Notes under the pieces: generated by a model | Told to the model about the DNA's origin: nothing | Databases searched by the model: none | Seen by the model: the letters and a program-made list of their open reading frames with translations, nothing else | Part shown: one piece after another, positions 35,611-48,604 of the stretch | How the letters are laid out: the number at the start of each line of letters is the position of its first letter | Numbering within the stretch: position 1 is the first letter of the stretch | Program-made: the position numbers and the translations under genes | NCBI RefSeq assembly: GCF_032444005.1 | Contig: NC_091284.1 | Location: forward strand, 14,942,001-15,006,000 | Length of the DNA stretch: 64,000 nucleotides | Origin: Ranitomeya imitator | Taxonomy: Eukaryota | Direction of reading: 5' to 3'

Positions 35611-36012
35611 CATTCAGTAACTGGTGGAGGGTAGTTGGCCTTGGACGCTCTGAAGTCACAGCTGGTGAGTCAGCGGAAGGGTTACACACTGTAATTTGCA
35701 CCATCTCGGGTATTTGCTGGGACTGTTCTATGTGTTATCAGCCTGTTTTGCTGTTCAGTAAAGTATGGCCACACTGTCTTACCCTCACTCTGTGCTGTCT
35801 GAGTAGTATTATGCCCACAGTAAAAGTGGGTATTCGGTGGGTTTAGCCTTGGTCCATGTGGTTTCGGCTAGTGCACTAGGGCACCCGCTGACTTTCCGTG
35901 TCACCACAGCACTGTTACGGGGCAGTTGAGGTTTTGTGATTGACATACTCCAATGGACGATCTGATGTTACACAGTTGTGGATGAAGCAACATTAAAATA
36001 GTTATAAGATAC

Positions 36013-36357
36013 CTGTGACGTGAATTGTCCAGGATTTGTGAATTCTTCCTAATGAGGGCTCTACTGTAGTAATCTCACAGGAATAATTCCCGGCGTCCTC
36101 GGGTCGGGCGTCTCTTATTTGGAGCTTCGGGGGGATTTCTGCGCTCGTGAAGGAGATTCTGGGGTCTGTGAAGTTTGATACATTTTTTACTCCTTCTGAT
36201 GTAAAACGTAGAACGTGAGATCCGTTTTCTTTCCTCCAGACGATCACTGTAATCAGTGACACATTTCTGATTTTGTTGGTTTCTTCTGAGCAGCTGAAAG
36301 TCACCGAGTCCCCAGCGGAAAATGACAGAACCGGAACCGAGGAGGCGGGAGCCGAGT
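36013..36357 (-). CDS. Ig V-set domain exon of a CD200-receptor-like protein
   Basis: Acceptor ctcctcttctcttccAG, donor GTatct; 345 bp, phase 1-1. GDSVTFSC (B strand), VIVW (C strand), LQIRDARPEDAGNYSC (D.G.Y.C), several N-x-S/T sequons. SNFTDPRI and GRIHKSWTIHV resemble, from memory, CD200R NCTDERI and GNFHRGYHLQV. Confidence 0.88.
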
Positions 36358-36486
36358 CTGGAAGAGAAGAGGAGATCGGAATCACTGTCACACCTTATAG
36401 ATAGTGGGGTCATGAAATGTGACGTTACTACTGAGCACCAATACAGTCCTGTACAGTGACAGCCACACGGCCCGTTATATAAGAAC

Positions 36487-36526
36487 AACCCCAGGAAGAA
36501 GCAGTCGCGAAACGCGCGTCGGGGTT
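36487..36526 (+). ncRNA. Degenerate minimal type I hammerhead-like motif in a Penelope-like relic
   Basis: AACCCC-AGGAAGA-A-GCagtcGC-GAA-ACGCGCGT-C-GGGGTT: stem I, variant core, stem II, palindromic stem III and a UC cleavage site. Confidence 0.5.
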
Positions 36527-37064
36527 CTCGGAGGTACAGCGTGCCATCTGGCATCACATTTGGGAAGTGGCATATAGATCCAGGTAATATGTGTTTATTA
36601 GGGGCTCCAACTCTGGATTTATGCTAACTATATGGTGCACACACTGGATAATGTTGCGGCAATTTGGCATCCTGTGGGCATTTGGCTCAGCTGCTAGTTA
36701 CCTAAACTAATACAACATGCACTTGCACTTTGGATACATGCTCCGTTAGTTGTTATTGTGGATTACCCCTTACAATTAACTATTTGGGTGCAATGTGACT
36801 TGGATATTGAGGCATTGATGCATTTGCACTTTAATATCACAATCTGCTTCACCAGATAGGGAATTTCCCATATAAATTTAGAGGAATTGGGTGAGGATAT
36901 GATGTGAACGCTACTTTGAATATCCATAGTCAGCATTTCACGAAAGGGAGCTTGCAAATTTCATTTTTTGGATATCTACATATATATGCCCGAGCTGACC
37001 TCTTTCATATAATTGTTCTTGGTTTAGAGGCACTATTTTTAATTCTGTATGTTTATTGTATGTA

Positions 37065-39575
37065 CTAGATGGTGGCCCGATTCTAACGCATCGGGTATTC
37101 TAGAATATGCATGTCCACGTAGTATATTGCCCAGCCACGTAGTATATTGCCCAGCGACGTAATATATTGCCAAGCCACGTAGTGTATAGCAGAGCCACGT
37201 AGTATATTGCCCAGTCACGTAGTATATTGCCCAGTCACGTAGTATATTGCCCAGCCACGTAGTATATTGCCCAGCCACGTAGTATATCGCCCAGTCACGT
37301 AGTATATCGCCCAGCCACGTAGTATATTGCCCAGCCACGTAGTATGTTGCCCAGTCACATAGTATATTGCCCAGTCACGTAGTATATTGCCCAGTCACAT
37401 AGTATATTGCCCAGTCACGTAGTATATTGCCCAATTCACGTAGTATATTGCCCAGTCACGTAATATATTGCCCAGCCACGTAGTATATCGCCCAGTCACG
37501 TAGTATATTGCCCAGCCACGTAGTATATTGCCCAGCCACGTAGTATATTGCCCAGTGACGTAGTATATTGCCCAGTGACGTAGTATATTGCCCAGCCACG
37601 TAGTATATTGCCCAGCCACGTAGTATGTTGCCCAGTCACATAGTATATTGCCCAGCCACGTAGTATAATGCACAGTCATGTAGTGTATTGCACAGTCATG
37701 TAGTATATTGCCCAGCCACGTAGAATACAGCACAGAGCCACGTAGTATATCGCCCAGTCACGTAGTATATTGCCCAGTCACAAAGTATATTGCCTAGCCA
37801 CGTAGTATATTGCCCAGTCACGTAATACGGTATATTGCCCAACCACGTAGTATATTGCCCAGTGACGTAGTATATTGCCCAGTCACGTAGTATATTGCCC
37901 AGTGATGTAGTATATTGCCCAGCCACGTAGTATATTGCCCAGTCACGTAGTATATTGCCCAGTGATGTAGTATATTGCCCAGCCGCGTAGTATATTGCCC
38001 AGTGATGTAGTATATTGCCCAGCCACGTAGTATATTGCCCAGTCACTTAGTATATTGCCCAGTGATGTAATATATTGCCCAGCCACGTAGTATATTGCCC
38101 AGTGACGTAGTATATTGCCCAACCACGTAGTATATTGCCCAGTGACGTAGTATATTGCCCAGTGACGTAGTATATTGCCCAGTGATGTAGTATATTGCCC
38201 AGCCACGTAGTATATTGCCCAGTGACGTAGTATATTGCCCAGTGACGTAGTATATTGCCCAGTGACGTAGTATATTGCCCAGTCACGTAGTATTTTGCCC
38301 AGCCACGTAGTATATTGCCCAGCCACGTAGTATATTGCCCAGTGACGTAGTATCTTGCCAAACCACGTAGTATATTGCCCAGCCACGTAGTATATTGCCC
38401 AGTGACGTAGTATATTGCCAAACCACGTAGTATATTACCCAGCCACGTAGTATATTGCACAGCCCACGTAGTATATTGCCCAGCCACGTAGTATATTGCC
38501 CAGCCACGTAGTATATTGCCCAGTGATGTAGTATATTGCACAGCCCATGTAGTATATTGCCCAGCCACGTAGTATATTGCTCAGTTACGTAGTATATTGC
38601 CAAGTGACATAGTATATTGCACAGCCCACGTAGTATATTGCCCAGCCACGTAGTATATTGCCCAACCACGTAGTATATTGCCCAGTGACGTAGTATATTG
38701 CACAGCCCACATAGTATTTTGTCCAGCCACGTACTATATTTCCCAGTCACGTAGTATATTGCCCAGTCACGTAGTATATTGCCCAGTCATGTAGTATATT
38801 GCCCAGTCACGTAGTATATTGCCCAGCCACGTAGTATACAGCACAGAGCCACGTAGTATATTGGCCAGTCACGTAGTATATTGGCCAGTGACGTAGTATA
38901 TTGCCCAGTCATGTAGTATACAGCACAGAGCCACGTAGTATATTGGCCAGTCATGTAGTATATTGCCCAGCCAGGTTTGTCACAGGTTAAAAAATAAAAA
39001 ATAAACATATGCTCACCTTTCCGAAGGCCCCTTGTAGTCCACGGCAGCTTCCGGTCCCAGGGTTGGTATGAGCGCAGGACCTGTGATGATGTCGCGGTCA
39101 CATGACCGTGACATCATGGCAGGCCCTTCTCCCATACCATCTTTGCCACCGGAACCTGCAACGGAAGATGGCGGCCGGCGCGAGCGACTACGGAGGGGGA
39201 GTATAGCAGGTTTTTTGTTTTTTTTTAATTATATTTAACATTACATTTTTTTACTATTGATGCCGTATAAGCAGCGTCAATAGTAAAAAGTTGGGGACAC
39301 ACAGGGTTAATAGCGGCAGTAACGGAGTGCGTTACCCGCGGCATAATGCAGTCCGTTACCGCCGGCATTAACCCTGTGTTAGCGGTGACTGGAGGGGAGT
39401 ATGCGGGCGACAGGCACTGACTGCGGGGAGGAAGGAGCGGCCATTTTCTTTTGGACTGTGCCCGTCGCTGATTGGTCGCAACAGCCATGACAGGCAGCTG
39501 GCAAGACCAATCAGCGAATGAATAACCGTGACAGAAGGAGAGACGGAAGTGACCCTTAGACAATTATATATAAGA
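37065..39575 (-). mobile_element. Non-autonomous Helitron filled with a 20-bp minisatellite
   Basis: On minus: A|TC 5' end and a 3' hairpin CCCGAT-gcgttaga-ATCGGG followed by CTAG|T; array unit AGTATATTGCCCAGCCACGT at ~37135-38965. Confidence 0.85.
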
Positions 39576-39749
39576 TGTTTAAATAAAGGTATATTTTTTA
39601 ATCAAAAAAGAAAGAGACACTTCTTGATTCAATATAGTTTAATAACTATTTTGATCAGTATGTTCATATATAAGAACGAATAGTCTATATGCGGACCTGC
39701 AGGAAATACAGCGGTCCTGGTGTCATGTATTCGCTTACCGAACTTAACC

Positions 39750-41175
39750 CTTTCCTGCAGAAGCCAACATTTTCTCAAACCTGATCTGGGTCCCTTTATG
39801 TGATAATACCTCTGGAGCTTCCATGTATCCAGTGATTCTGATATTATTCTTTTTTTTTTTTTTGCCACACATTGTACAGTATGTTAATAGTAAATTTAGG
39901 TCGATAATATTTGTGTTTATGAAAATATTGGAAATTTGACAATAATTTTGAATAATTCTCAAGTTTTGAACATTGGATTACATACCCTCACACCAAATAG
40001 TTATACCACGGAAAATAAAGGCTATATTTTTTAAATATCATTCTCTTCAGTAGGATGATCGAAGTGTTATGAGTTTAACAGTGATTTTTCATTTTTTTTT
40101 ACAGAAAAAAAATTATAAAAACTGTTTTACTAGGGGACATTTTTTTTTATTGACTTTAGGGGCCTAGAAGTCAGAAAACCTCCAAACAAAAACCTATTTC
40201 GTAAACTTCACCCCTTAGTGACGGAGCCAAATTTGTGAGATTTCACCAGTGTCAATTTATGTGGTAATAACTCTGCAACGCTTCAACAAATCCCAGTGAT
40301 TTTGAGATTGTTTTTTCGTGACACATTATACTTTATGATGATGGTAAATTTAGGTCGATATGTTTTGTGTTTATTTATAAAAAAAATATCAGAAATTTGA
40401 GAAAAATGTAAAAAACTTAGCAATTTTCAAACTTTGAATGATTATCCCTTTAATCCCGATAGTCATACCACAGAAAAACATTAATAAATAACATTTCCCA
40501 CATGTCGGCTTTACATCAGCGTCATTTGTAAAATGTTCTTTTATTTTGTTAGCATTTTAGGAGGTTTAAAAATGTAGCAGCAATTTTTTATTTTTTCAAG
40601 GAAATTTACAAAATGTATTTTTTTAGGGAGCTATCCATGATTGAAGTGCCCTTAGTGGTCCCATATATTGGGAAACCCCCCAAAGTGATACCATTTTAGA
40701 AACAGCACCCCCTGACATATCAAAAACTGCAGTCAGGTAGTTTATTAACCCTTCAGGTGATTTTCAGGAATTAATGCAAAGTGGCATGACAGAAATGAAG
40801 AAGTGTATTTTTACCACCTAAATGCCGCTAACTTCTGAACAGGTTACAACAGCCGGCAGACTCTAAGGCCTCTATTTGGTCTTGAATTGCCATCGCAAAC
40901 ATCAGGACCACACAATCATGATCTGAGGGCACCAATTGGGATAAAGAGGGAGCCCCCCACACTCTGGTAACCATATATAATGATGTAGTCACTATTTACA
41001 GCAGCATCTAAGGGGTTAAACAGAGTTGGACGGTGCAAACACTGATCGTGGCTGATGCAACAAGTTGTCAGCTATAGTGGACAGCCGACAGCTGCTGGAT
41101 TGTCACCTGTATGGGGAGACTATTCTCTTATATGTAAGGTCAGTTAAAAGACGTATTGGCTGTCATTAAGGGGTC
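39750..41175. mobile_element. AT-rich non-autonomous TTAA-type DNA transposon fragment(s)
   Basis: TTAACCCT start and AAGGGGTTAA / AAGGGGTCAA ends; non-coding. Confidence 0.4.
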
Positions 41176-41304
41176 AAACCGCATTCAGAACATTTGCTGA
41201 CCCCTCAGGATCTTCACAGGAATTAATGCAAGGTGGAATAATTACTTTTTTCACAAAAATGTTGCTTTGGCTCGAAAATTTTCATTTAGTACACGAACAC
41301 CCAA

Positions 41305-43904
41305 AAATTATAGGGAGAAAAATATTTTACCTAATAAACTAATTAAAGCTGCCCAAAATAAAACAGAGAAGCACATTGCTAAGGAGAGTAAAACTAATCC
41401 CAAACTGTTCTTCAACTACATCAATAGTAAAAGAATCATAAGTGAAAGTGTAGGAAAAAATGGTTGTAGATGACGAGGAAACAGCTAATATATTAAACAC
41501 CTTCTTCTCCACAGTATTCACGGTAGAAAATAAAATGGCGAGAGAAAACCCTATATTAAGGGTCACCAATCTAACCCAAGAAGAGGTGCGAAACCGGCTA
41601 AATAAGATGAAAATAGATAAATCTCCGGGTCCGGATGGCATACACCCACGAGTACTAAGAGAACTAAGTAATGTAATAGATAAACCATTATTTCTTATTT
41701 TTAGGGACTCTATAGCCACGGGGTCTGTTCCGCAGGACTGGCGCATAGCAAATGTGGTGCCAATATTCAAAAAGGGCTCTAAAAGTGAACCTGGAAATTA
41801 TCGGCCAGTAAGTCTAACCTCTATTGTTGGTAAAATATTTGAAGGGTTTCTGAGGGATGTTATTCTGGATTATCTCAATGAGAATAACTGTTTAACTCCA
41901 TATCAGCATGGGTTTATGAGGAATCGCTCCTGTCAATCCAATATAATCAGCTTTTATGAAGAGGTAAGCTATAGGCTGGACCACGGTGAGTCATTGGACG
42001 TGGTATATCTCGATTTTTCCAAAGCGTTTGATACCGTGCCGCACAAGAGGTTGGTACACAAAATGAGAATGCTTGGTCTGAGGGAAAATGTGTGTAAAAA
42101 TGAACAAAGCATATACAGAATGGGAGGCATAGGGCTAAGCAACAGCACATGTGAAAAAGACTTGGGTATACTAATAGATCACAGACTGCACATGAGTCAA
42201 CAGTGTGATGCAGCAGCAAAAAAGGCAAATCAAATTCTTGGCAGTATTAACAGAAGCATACAGTCTAGATCATGTGAAGTCATTATTGCCCTCTACTCCT
42301 CTTTGGTCAGACCTCACCTGGAATACTGGGTCCAGTTTTTTGCACCACATTTTAAAAAAGACATCAACAAACTGGAGCAAGTTCAGAGAAGAGCGACCAG
42401 AATGGTGACCAGTCTGCAAACCATGTCCTATGAGGAACGGTTACAGGATCTGGGAATGTTTAGCTGCAAAAAAGAAGACTGAGAGGAGACTTAATAGCTG
42501 TCTACAAATATCTGAAGGGCTGTCACATTGTAGAAGGATCATCTTTATTCTCATTTGCACAAGCAAATACTAGAAGCAACAGGATGAAACTGAATGGGAG
42601 GAGACACAGATTAGATATTAGAAAAAACATTTTGACAGTTAGGGTGATCAAAGAGTGGAACAGGCGGCCACAAGAGGTGGTGAGTTCTCCTTCAATGGAA
42701 GTCTTCAAACAGAGGTTGGACAGACATCTGTCTGGGATGATTGAGTGAATCCTGCTTTGAGCAGGGGGTTGGACCAAATGACCCAGGAGATCCCTTCCAA
42801 CTCTAACATTCTATGACGTAACTGGCTTAGTGACAGAAAGCAGAGGGTGGTTATAAATGGTAGATTCTCTAACTGGGTCGCTGTGACCAGTGGGGTACCG
42901 CAGGGGTCGGTATTGGGACCTGTTCTCTAACATATTCATTAATGATCTGGTAGAAGGTTTACAGAGTAAAATATCGATATTTGCAGATGATACAAACCTA
43001 TGTAAAGCAGTTAATACAAGAGAAGATAGTATTCTGCTACAGATGGATCTGGATAAGTTGGAAACTTGGGCCGAGAGGTGGCAGATGAGGTTTAACAATA
43101 ATAAATGTAAGGTTATACACATGGGAAGAAGGAATCAATATCACCATTACACACTGAACGGGAAACCACTGGGTAAATCTGACAGGGAGAAGGGCTTGGG
43201 GATCCTAGTTAATGATAAACTTACCTGGAGCAGCCAGTGCCAGGCAGCAGCTGCCAAGGCAAACAGGATCATGGGGTGCATTAAAAGAGGTCTGGATACA
43301 CATGATGAGAGCATTATACTGCCTCTGTACAAATCCCTAGTTAGACCGCACATGGAGTACTGTGTCCAGTTTTGGGCACCGGTGCTCAGGAAGGATATAA
43401 TGGAACTAGAGAGAGTACAAAGGAGGGCAACAAAATTAATAAAGGGGATGGGGGAACTACAATACCCAGATAGATTAGCGAAATTAGGATTATTTAGTCT
43501 AGAAAAAAAGACGACTGAGGGGCGATCTAATAACCATGTATAAGTATATAAGGGGACAATACAAATATCTCGCTGAGGATCTGTTTATACCAAGGAAGGT
43601 GACGGGCACAAGGGGGCATTCTCTGCGTCTGGAGGAGAGAAGGTTTCTTCACAAACATAGAAGAGGATTCTTTACTGTTAGGGCAGTGAGAATCTGGAAT
43701 TGCTTGCCTGAGGAGGTGGTGATGGTGAACTCAGTCGTGTGGTTCAAGAGAAGCCTGGAAGTCTTCCTGGAGCAGAACAATATTGTATCTTGCAGTGATT
43801 AGGTTCTGTAGAAGGACGTAGATCTGGGGATTTAATCTGACGGAATATAGGCTGAACTGGATGGACAAATGGCTTTTTTCGGCCTTGCTAACTATGTTAC
43901 TATG
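41305..43904 (+). mobile_element. CR1 LINE (family A), 5'-truncated and interrupted
   Basis: ORF2 motifs [31 protein letters not shown] and FADD; tail TAACTATGTTACTATG. Confidence 0.92.
42099..42816 (+). mobile_element. 3' end of a second CR1 family (B), inserted in the family A copy
   Basis: Independent ORF2 C-terminus (CEKDLGILID...LEQVQRRATRMV) and an ATTCTATGA tail; family A resumes at 42818. Confidence 0.85.
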
Positions 43905-46049
43905 AATACGCCTATGCCTCCTATGTGGTAGTAAACCACTGTTTGGGCGCAGGGCTCAGAAGGAAGGGAGCGCTTTGAAATTCGTAGCAATTTTAGCAGG
44001 AATATAATGTGGATGCTATGTTGATTTACAGAGCCCCTGAGGTGCAAAAACATCAGAAAACCACCCACAAATTACCCAATTTTAGAAACTACACCCCTCA
44101 AGAAATGTATCTATGGATGTAGTGAGCATCTTGATCTCTGTATCTTGAGCCCGCAGGCGATTCATTTAATTTTATAAGACTTGAAAATGAAAAAGTGATT
44201 TTTTTTCCCACTAAAATGTTACTTTAGCCCCTCATTTTCAATTTTCACCAGGAGTAGTATGTCATCAGAAACTAGTGTTCGGCCCAAGTGTGGAGCTCAG
44301 AATTGAAGGCATGCCATATTATAGTGCAGATTTTGCTGGAATGGTTTCCAGGTTCCATGTCACATAGACAAAGCCCCTGAGATAGAACAACAGAACCCAA
44401 AAATGTGACCCCATTTAACACACTATACCGATAACCAAATTTATCTAGGACACGGCTATAAATATTTTTTTAAAAATGGCATTTTCAGCAATAAAAGGTT
44501 GCTTTAGCCCCAGATTTCTCATTTTCAAAATTGTTATTAAGTGAAAATGAACCCTATAATTTGTTACGTAATTTTTTCCAATCATGGCAACACGTCATAT
44601 GTGCCTGTACAGTACGGTTTGGCCACACAGCAGGACTCGAGAGGGAAGGACCGATTTGACTTTTGGGGAACAAATTTAACTAGACTACATTTTCAGTGCC
44701 AGAACAGCAGAAACACCCCCTCAAATGACCCCATTTTGGAAATTACACTCCTTTGGAATTCATCCTCGGGTGTAGTGTCGATTTTGGCCACACTGATGAT
44801 TTCCACACATAAACAGCAGTGGATGTTTCTAAGCCTCTGCAATCCATCAACTAGGCGGTGGAACTCCAGTTGGTCCTTGAATTCTCCAGGGTGCTAGCTG
44901 ATCTCAACATATAGAGAGAGACTTCCCAATGCCCAGTTCCTGATACTGCACCCACTTTGTCCGATGCTGTGGATGGCTTGATGGAGAGAACCATCCTAGA
45001 TGTAAAGAAGGTGAGAGGTGTCAGTTTTCTTCTAGTGGATGAAAGAAGTTGTGGTCCTGAAAATAAGTCAGCCTCCAACTTCTCAGCAGAGAGTCCTCGT
45101 AGGCTTGAAGAAGAGGGGGCATAGGGGGGATACTGTAGCGCTCCTACCGGCTCCCCTACGTGGTGTCCCCTTCTCGCTCCATGCTGGGACAACGGCTTAA
45201 GTCATGCTTCAGCTTCCTGATTTGTAGTCTCCTGGTCCCAGTGTGGCCAGTCCTGTATCCATAGTCCCCTGGTCCTGGAGGGGCAAGCGCCTGAACTTTG
45301 TCCCCAGGTCCCGGAGAGGAGAGTGCCTGAACCTTATCACCTGGTCACGGAGCAATCAGTGCTTGAATTTCATCCCTTTGTCCCGGAAGGGCTATGCCTG
45401 AACATTGTCCCCTGATCCTGGTGTGGCCAGTCCTGTTCCCAAAGTCCCCTGACCCTAGTGCGGCATTACATGAACATTATCCCCCGGTCCATGAGTGGCC
45501 AAACCCTGATCCAGTATACTAGACTAGCATGTCTGAACTGAGACCTAAATCCGTGTCAGCATACCTGACCTCTAGGGTCAGCAGCTGCATCACTGGGTTC
45601 TGCCCAGGAGTGGTACCTGGCGGCTACCTACAGCCCAATCTGTCTCCACCATCAGGAGCTCCAGTGAACACCAGGTAGTCGCCCCTTCCTGGGTGGGCCC
45701 GGACCTGTGGCACAGTGGGTGCACAAATCCACATGTGCCAAGTAAACTTAGCAACATCATACATTTGGATTCTTTCTGATGTTTAGACACTGTGGGACTC
45801 AGAAGGGGAATTTACATTTGGGAGTGAAGATGTCAATGGATTTTATTGGAGGAGCTGTGTCACTCTTCCAGAGCCCTTGTGCTACCGGTAACATGGAAAC
45901 CTCTTCATGTAACAGATGAGCCTGCGTGGGGGATGTTTATTTGTGGGTTGAGATGAAGCTTTTATTGGTCCCATCTAAATTATCTTCTTTATGTGACTCA
46001 TCTTTTTCACACTGTGGTTCTCTGAATTTTTCAGTTCCTTTCTCTGTTT

Positions 46050-46900
46050 TTTACTTTGGATCTCAGCTCACTGTATTCTAATATTCCACATAATCGTGGC
46101 TTAGCAGCCCCGAGAATCTATATCCTCCTCGCAGATTGTTTTTTTATTAGGAGGTATTGATTTCATATTACATCATAATGTTTTTTCCTTTGACAATGTT
46201 ATTTTTCAGCAGACGAGGGGTGTGCAATAGCGACTCGCTTCGCCCCTAGTTGCATAAATTCATACATGGCGTCTTTTGAGTCCTTTTTCGCTGCTTAACA
46301 TGTATTATTTCATGGGCGATTTATAGACAATTTATTTTTTATTTGGTCGGGTACTTGAGAACAGTCATTTGTTGATTCATTTAACTATAATTCCTCAGAC
46401 CCTTTAAATTGCTTTTAACTATTTACAAACGTATATTATTTTTTCGGACTTGGATAACCCTAAGGATCCTGGAAATATTGAGAAAGTTGTAACCAAAACA
46501 GACTTGAAAATTGCCGATATAAACAGTTTTCTCAGGTATGATAGTGAAAACTGGAAATTTTATGAAAATTTTAAATAATTCACAATTTTCACATTTTGAC
46601 TTTTTTATGCCCTTACAACAGATAGTCAAACTGTGACGACACAAAGTCAACCGGGATCGCCGCTCAGCAATCTTGACAGGCGATCCACCCATCCGACAGC
46701 TCTTTGCACCTACTACTCTACGGAAACCTGGTGAGTCAGACCAGAGCTAGTAGCAATCAGTGCTAGATATTGCGTTTGTACATATGGTATATCTACTCTC
46801 CACACTGCACAGTAGTTACAGGGCGCACAACAGGAGCACCGGTGGGGGATTTTATCTTGTATTTTATTTTGCATATACGCCCTTCCAGTAGTGATATATC
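46050..46900. pseudogene. Degraded Penelope-like RT relic
   Basis: Plus-strand translation gives LDLSSLYSNIPHNRGL, DFILHHNVFSF, GCAIATRFAPSCINSYMASFE and RFIDNLFFIW, matching PLE RT motifs. Confidence 0.6.
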
Positions 46901-48309
46901 CTTAAGCACGGCATCAGTTCTTTTATAGCAATTTTTAATTTTTGTTCCCATTTTGCTTTAATTACTGTGAAGCACTTGAAGGGTTAAAAACTTTCTAAAT
47001 GTAGTTTTTAATACCTTGAGGGGATCAGTTTTTAAAATGTAGTCACTTGTGTGTTTTTTGACCTATAGCTATTGTTTGGGTATACGGGCGGGCTCAGAAG
47101 GGAAGGAGCGCTATTTTAATTTTGGTGCAATTTTGTCTGGAAAACATTGTTTATGCCATGTCACATTTGCCGAGCTCCACGCGTACCAAAACAGTAGAAC
47201 CCCCTTACAACTGACATCATTTTGTAAACTAGCTACCCCGCTAAAGAAATTCAACAAGCGGTGTGGGGAACATCTTGAAACCACAGGTGCTTCACAGAAG
47301 TTTACAACATTGGGATGTGAAAATGAAAAATTCAATTTTTTCCAAAAAATTGTTTCTTTAGTCCAAAATTTTTCATTTTCACTAGCATAAAAGGAGAAAA
47401 TGGACCATGCAATTTGTTGTGCAATTTCTCCTGAGTATGCTGATACCCAAAATGTGGTAAGGAACTACTGTTTTTTCATTTTCACAAGAGTAGAAGGAGA
47501 AAACAGACCCCAAAATGTGTTGTGTAAATTTCTCCTGAGTACAATAATATTCAATATTTGGTTGTAAACTACTCTTTTGGCACACAGAAGGGCTTGGAAG
47601 GCAAGAACCATTGCTTGAATTTTGGAGCACCATTTTGAATAGATTTCGGACGCCATGTCACCTATGAAGAGCCCCTGACAGGCTAAAATTTTAACCCTTA
47701 AATGATTCACATAATTGAATAACATTGACTGTAAAATGTAAAAAATACCACTAACATAAAGCACAGGAGCACTTTGGATGGAAGGAGCGCTATTTAACTT
47801 TGGAGCACAGATTTTTCAAGAATAATTTGCAAAATCCATTTGCAGTGCCTTGTACATTATACCCAGCTTGTGCTTCTTCTGGAGAGACGCACCCCGTAAA
47901 TTAAATTGGCTGTCCTCACTACAGTAACGCCAAACATAAAAATGCTAACTATGGTTTAATATGCAAATTGGCTCTTCAGAGAGGAAGAAGACTTGAACTC
48001 TATATCACCACCTGTTGGAAGCTATGGTTTAGACATAAATGTGAGATGAGCCTTATTGAGATCTTTGGGAGGCAGAATGAACAAATCAACAGCAGGTGAA
48101 GAATTAGTTTTAGTTATTTTTTATGCCATTCCTTGTATAAGTGATAATGAGACTTTATTCTTCAGGTCGGTATGATTACAGCGATACCAGATTTTTATCG
48201 TGTTTTCATGTTTGGCTGCTGTCACGCACTAAAAGACGCTTTTTATTGCAAAAACTTGCATTCCCATATTTTGAGATCTATAATTTTTCCATATTTTGGC
48301 CAACAGAGT

Positions 48310-48475
48310 CATAATAATGATAATAATCTTTATTTATATAGCGCCAACATATTCCGCAGCGCTTTACAGTTTAACAGCTTCAAACACAACAGTCATAAGT
48401 AACAATGTTAACAATACAATAATTAAAGCAAAATAAGACGACCCTGCTCGTGAGCGCTTACAATCTACACTGAGG
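48310..48475 (-). mobile_element. L2/SINE-type 3' tail fragment
   Basis: Plus strand AATAATCTTTATTTATATAGCGCC...GACCCTGCTCGTGAGCGCTTACAATCTA. Confidence 0.55.
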
Positions 48476-48604
48476 TGGAAATAGCCCAGTCATCCAGGGT
48501 CTATAGTGGCCAGAGATTACAGCAAAAGTGACAGGAGAAGTCATAGCAGAGCAGAAATGCAGCTTACTACTTGGGCAGATGCCCTTATGTCTGGTGCATG
48601 AAAA

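Noticed and set aside
35141-35704. Hydrophobic repeat ORFs (GLIILYGAL...) resembling membrane proteins
   Set aside because: Artefact of the 31-bp tandem repeat.
35775-35960. Minus-strand GTAAGA donor as a possible missing C2 exon
   Set aside because: The upstream frames examined show stops and no Ig Cys/Trp pattern.
37039-39101. GQYTTWLGNILR repeat ORFs (also 59067-60736)
   Set aside because: Translations of the 20-bp Helitron minisatellite.
44860-45740. Possible DIRS gag fragment and LTR end
   Set aside because: The similarity is too weak and fragmentary to assign without a database search.
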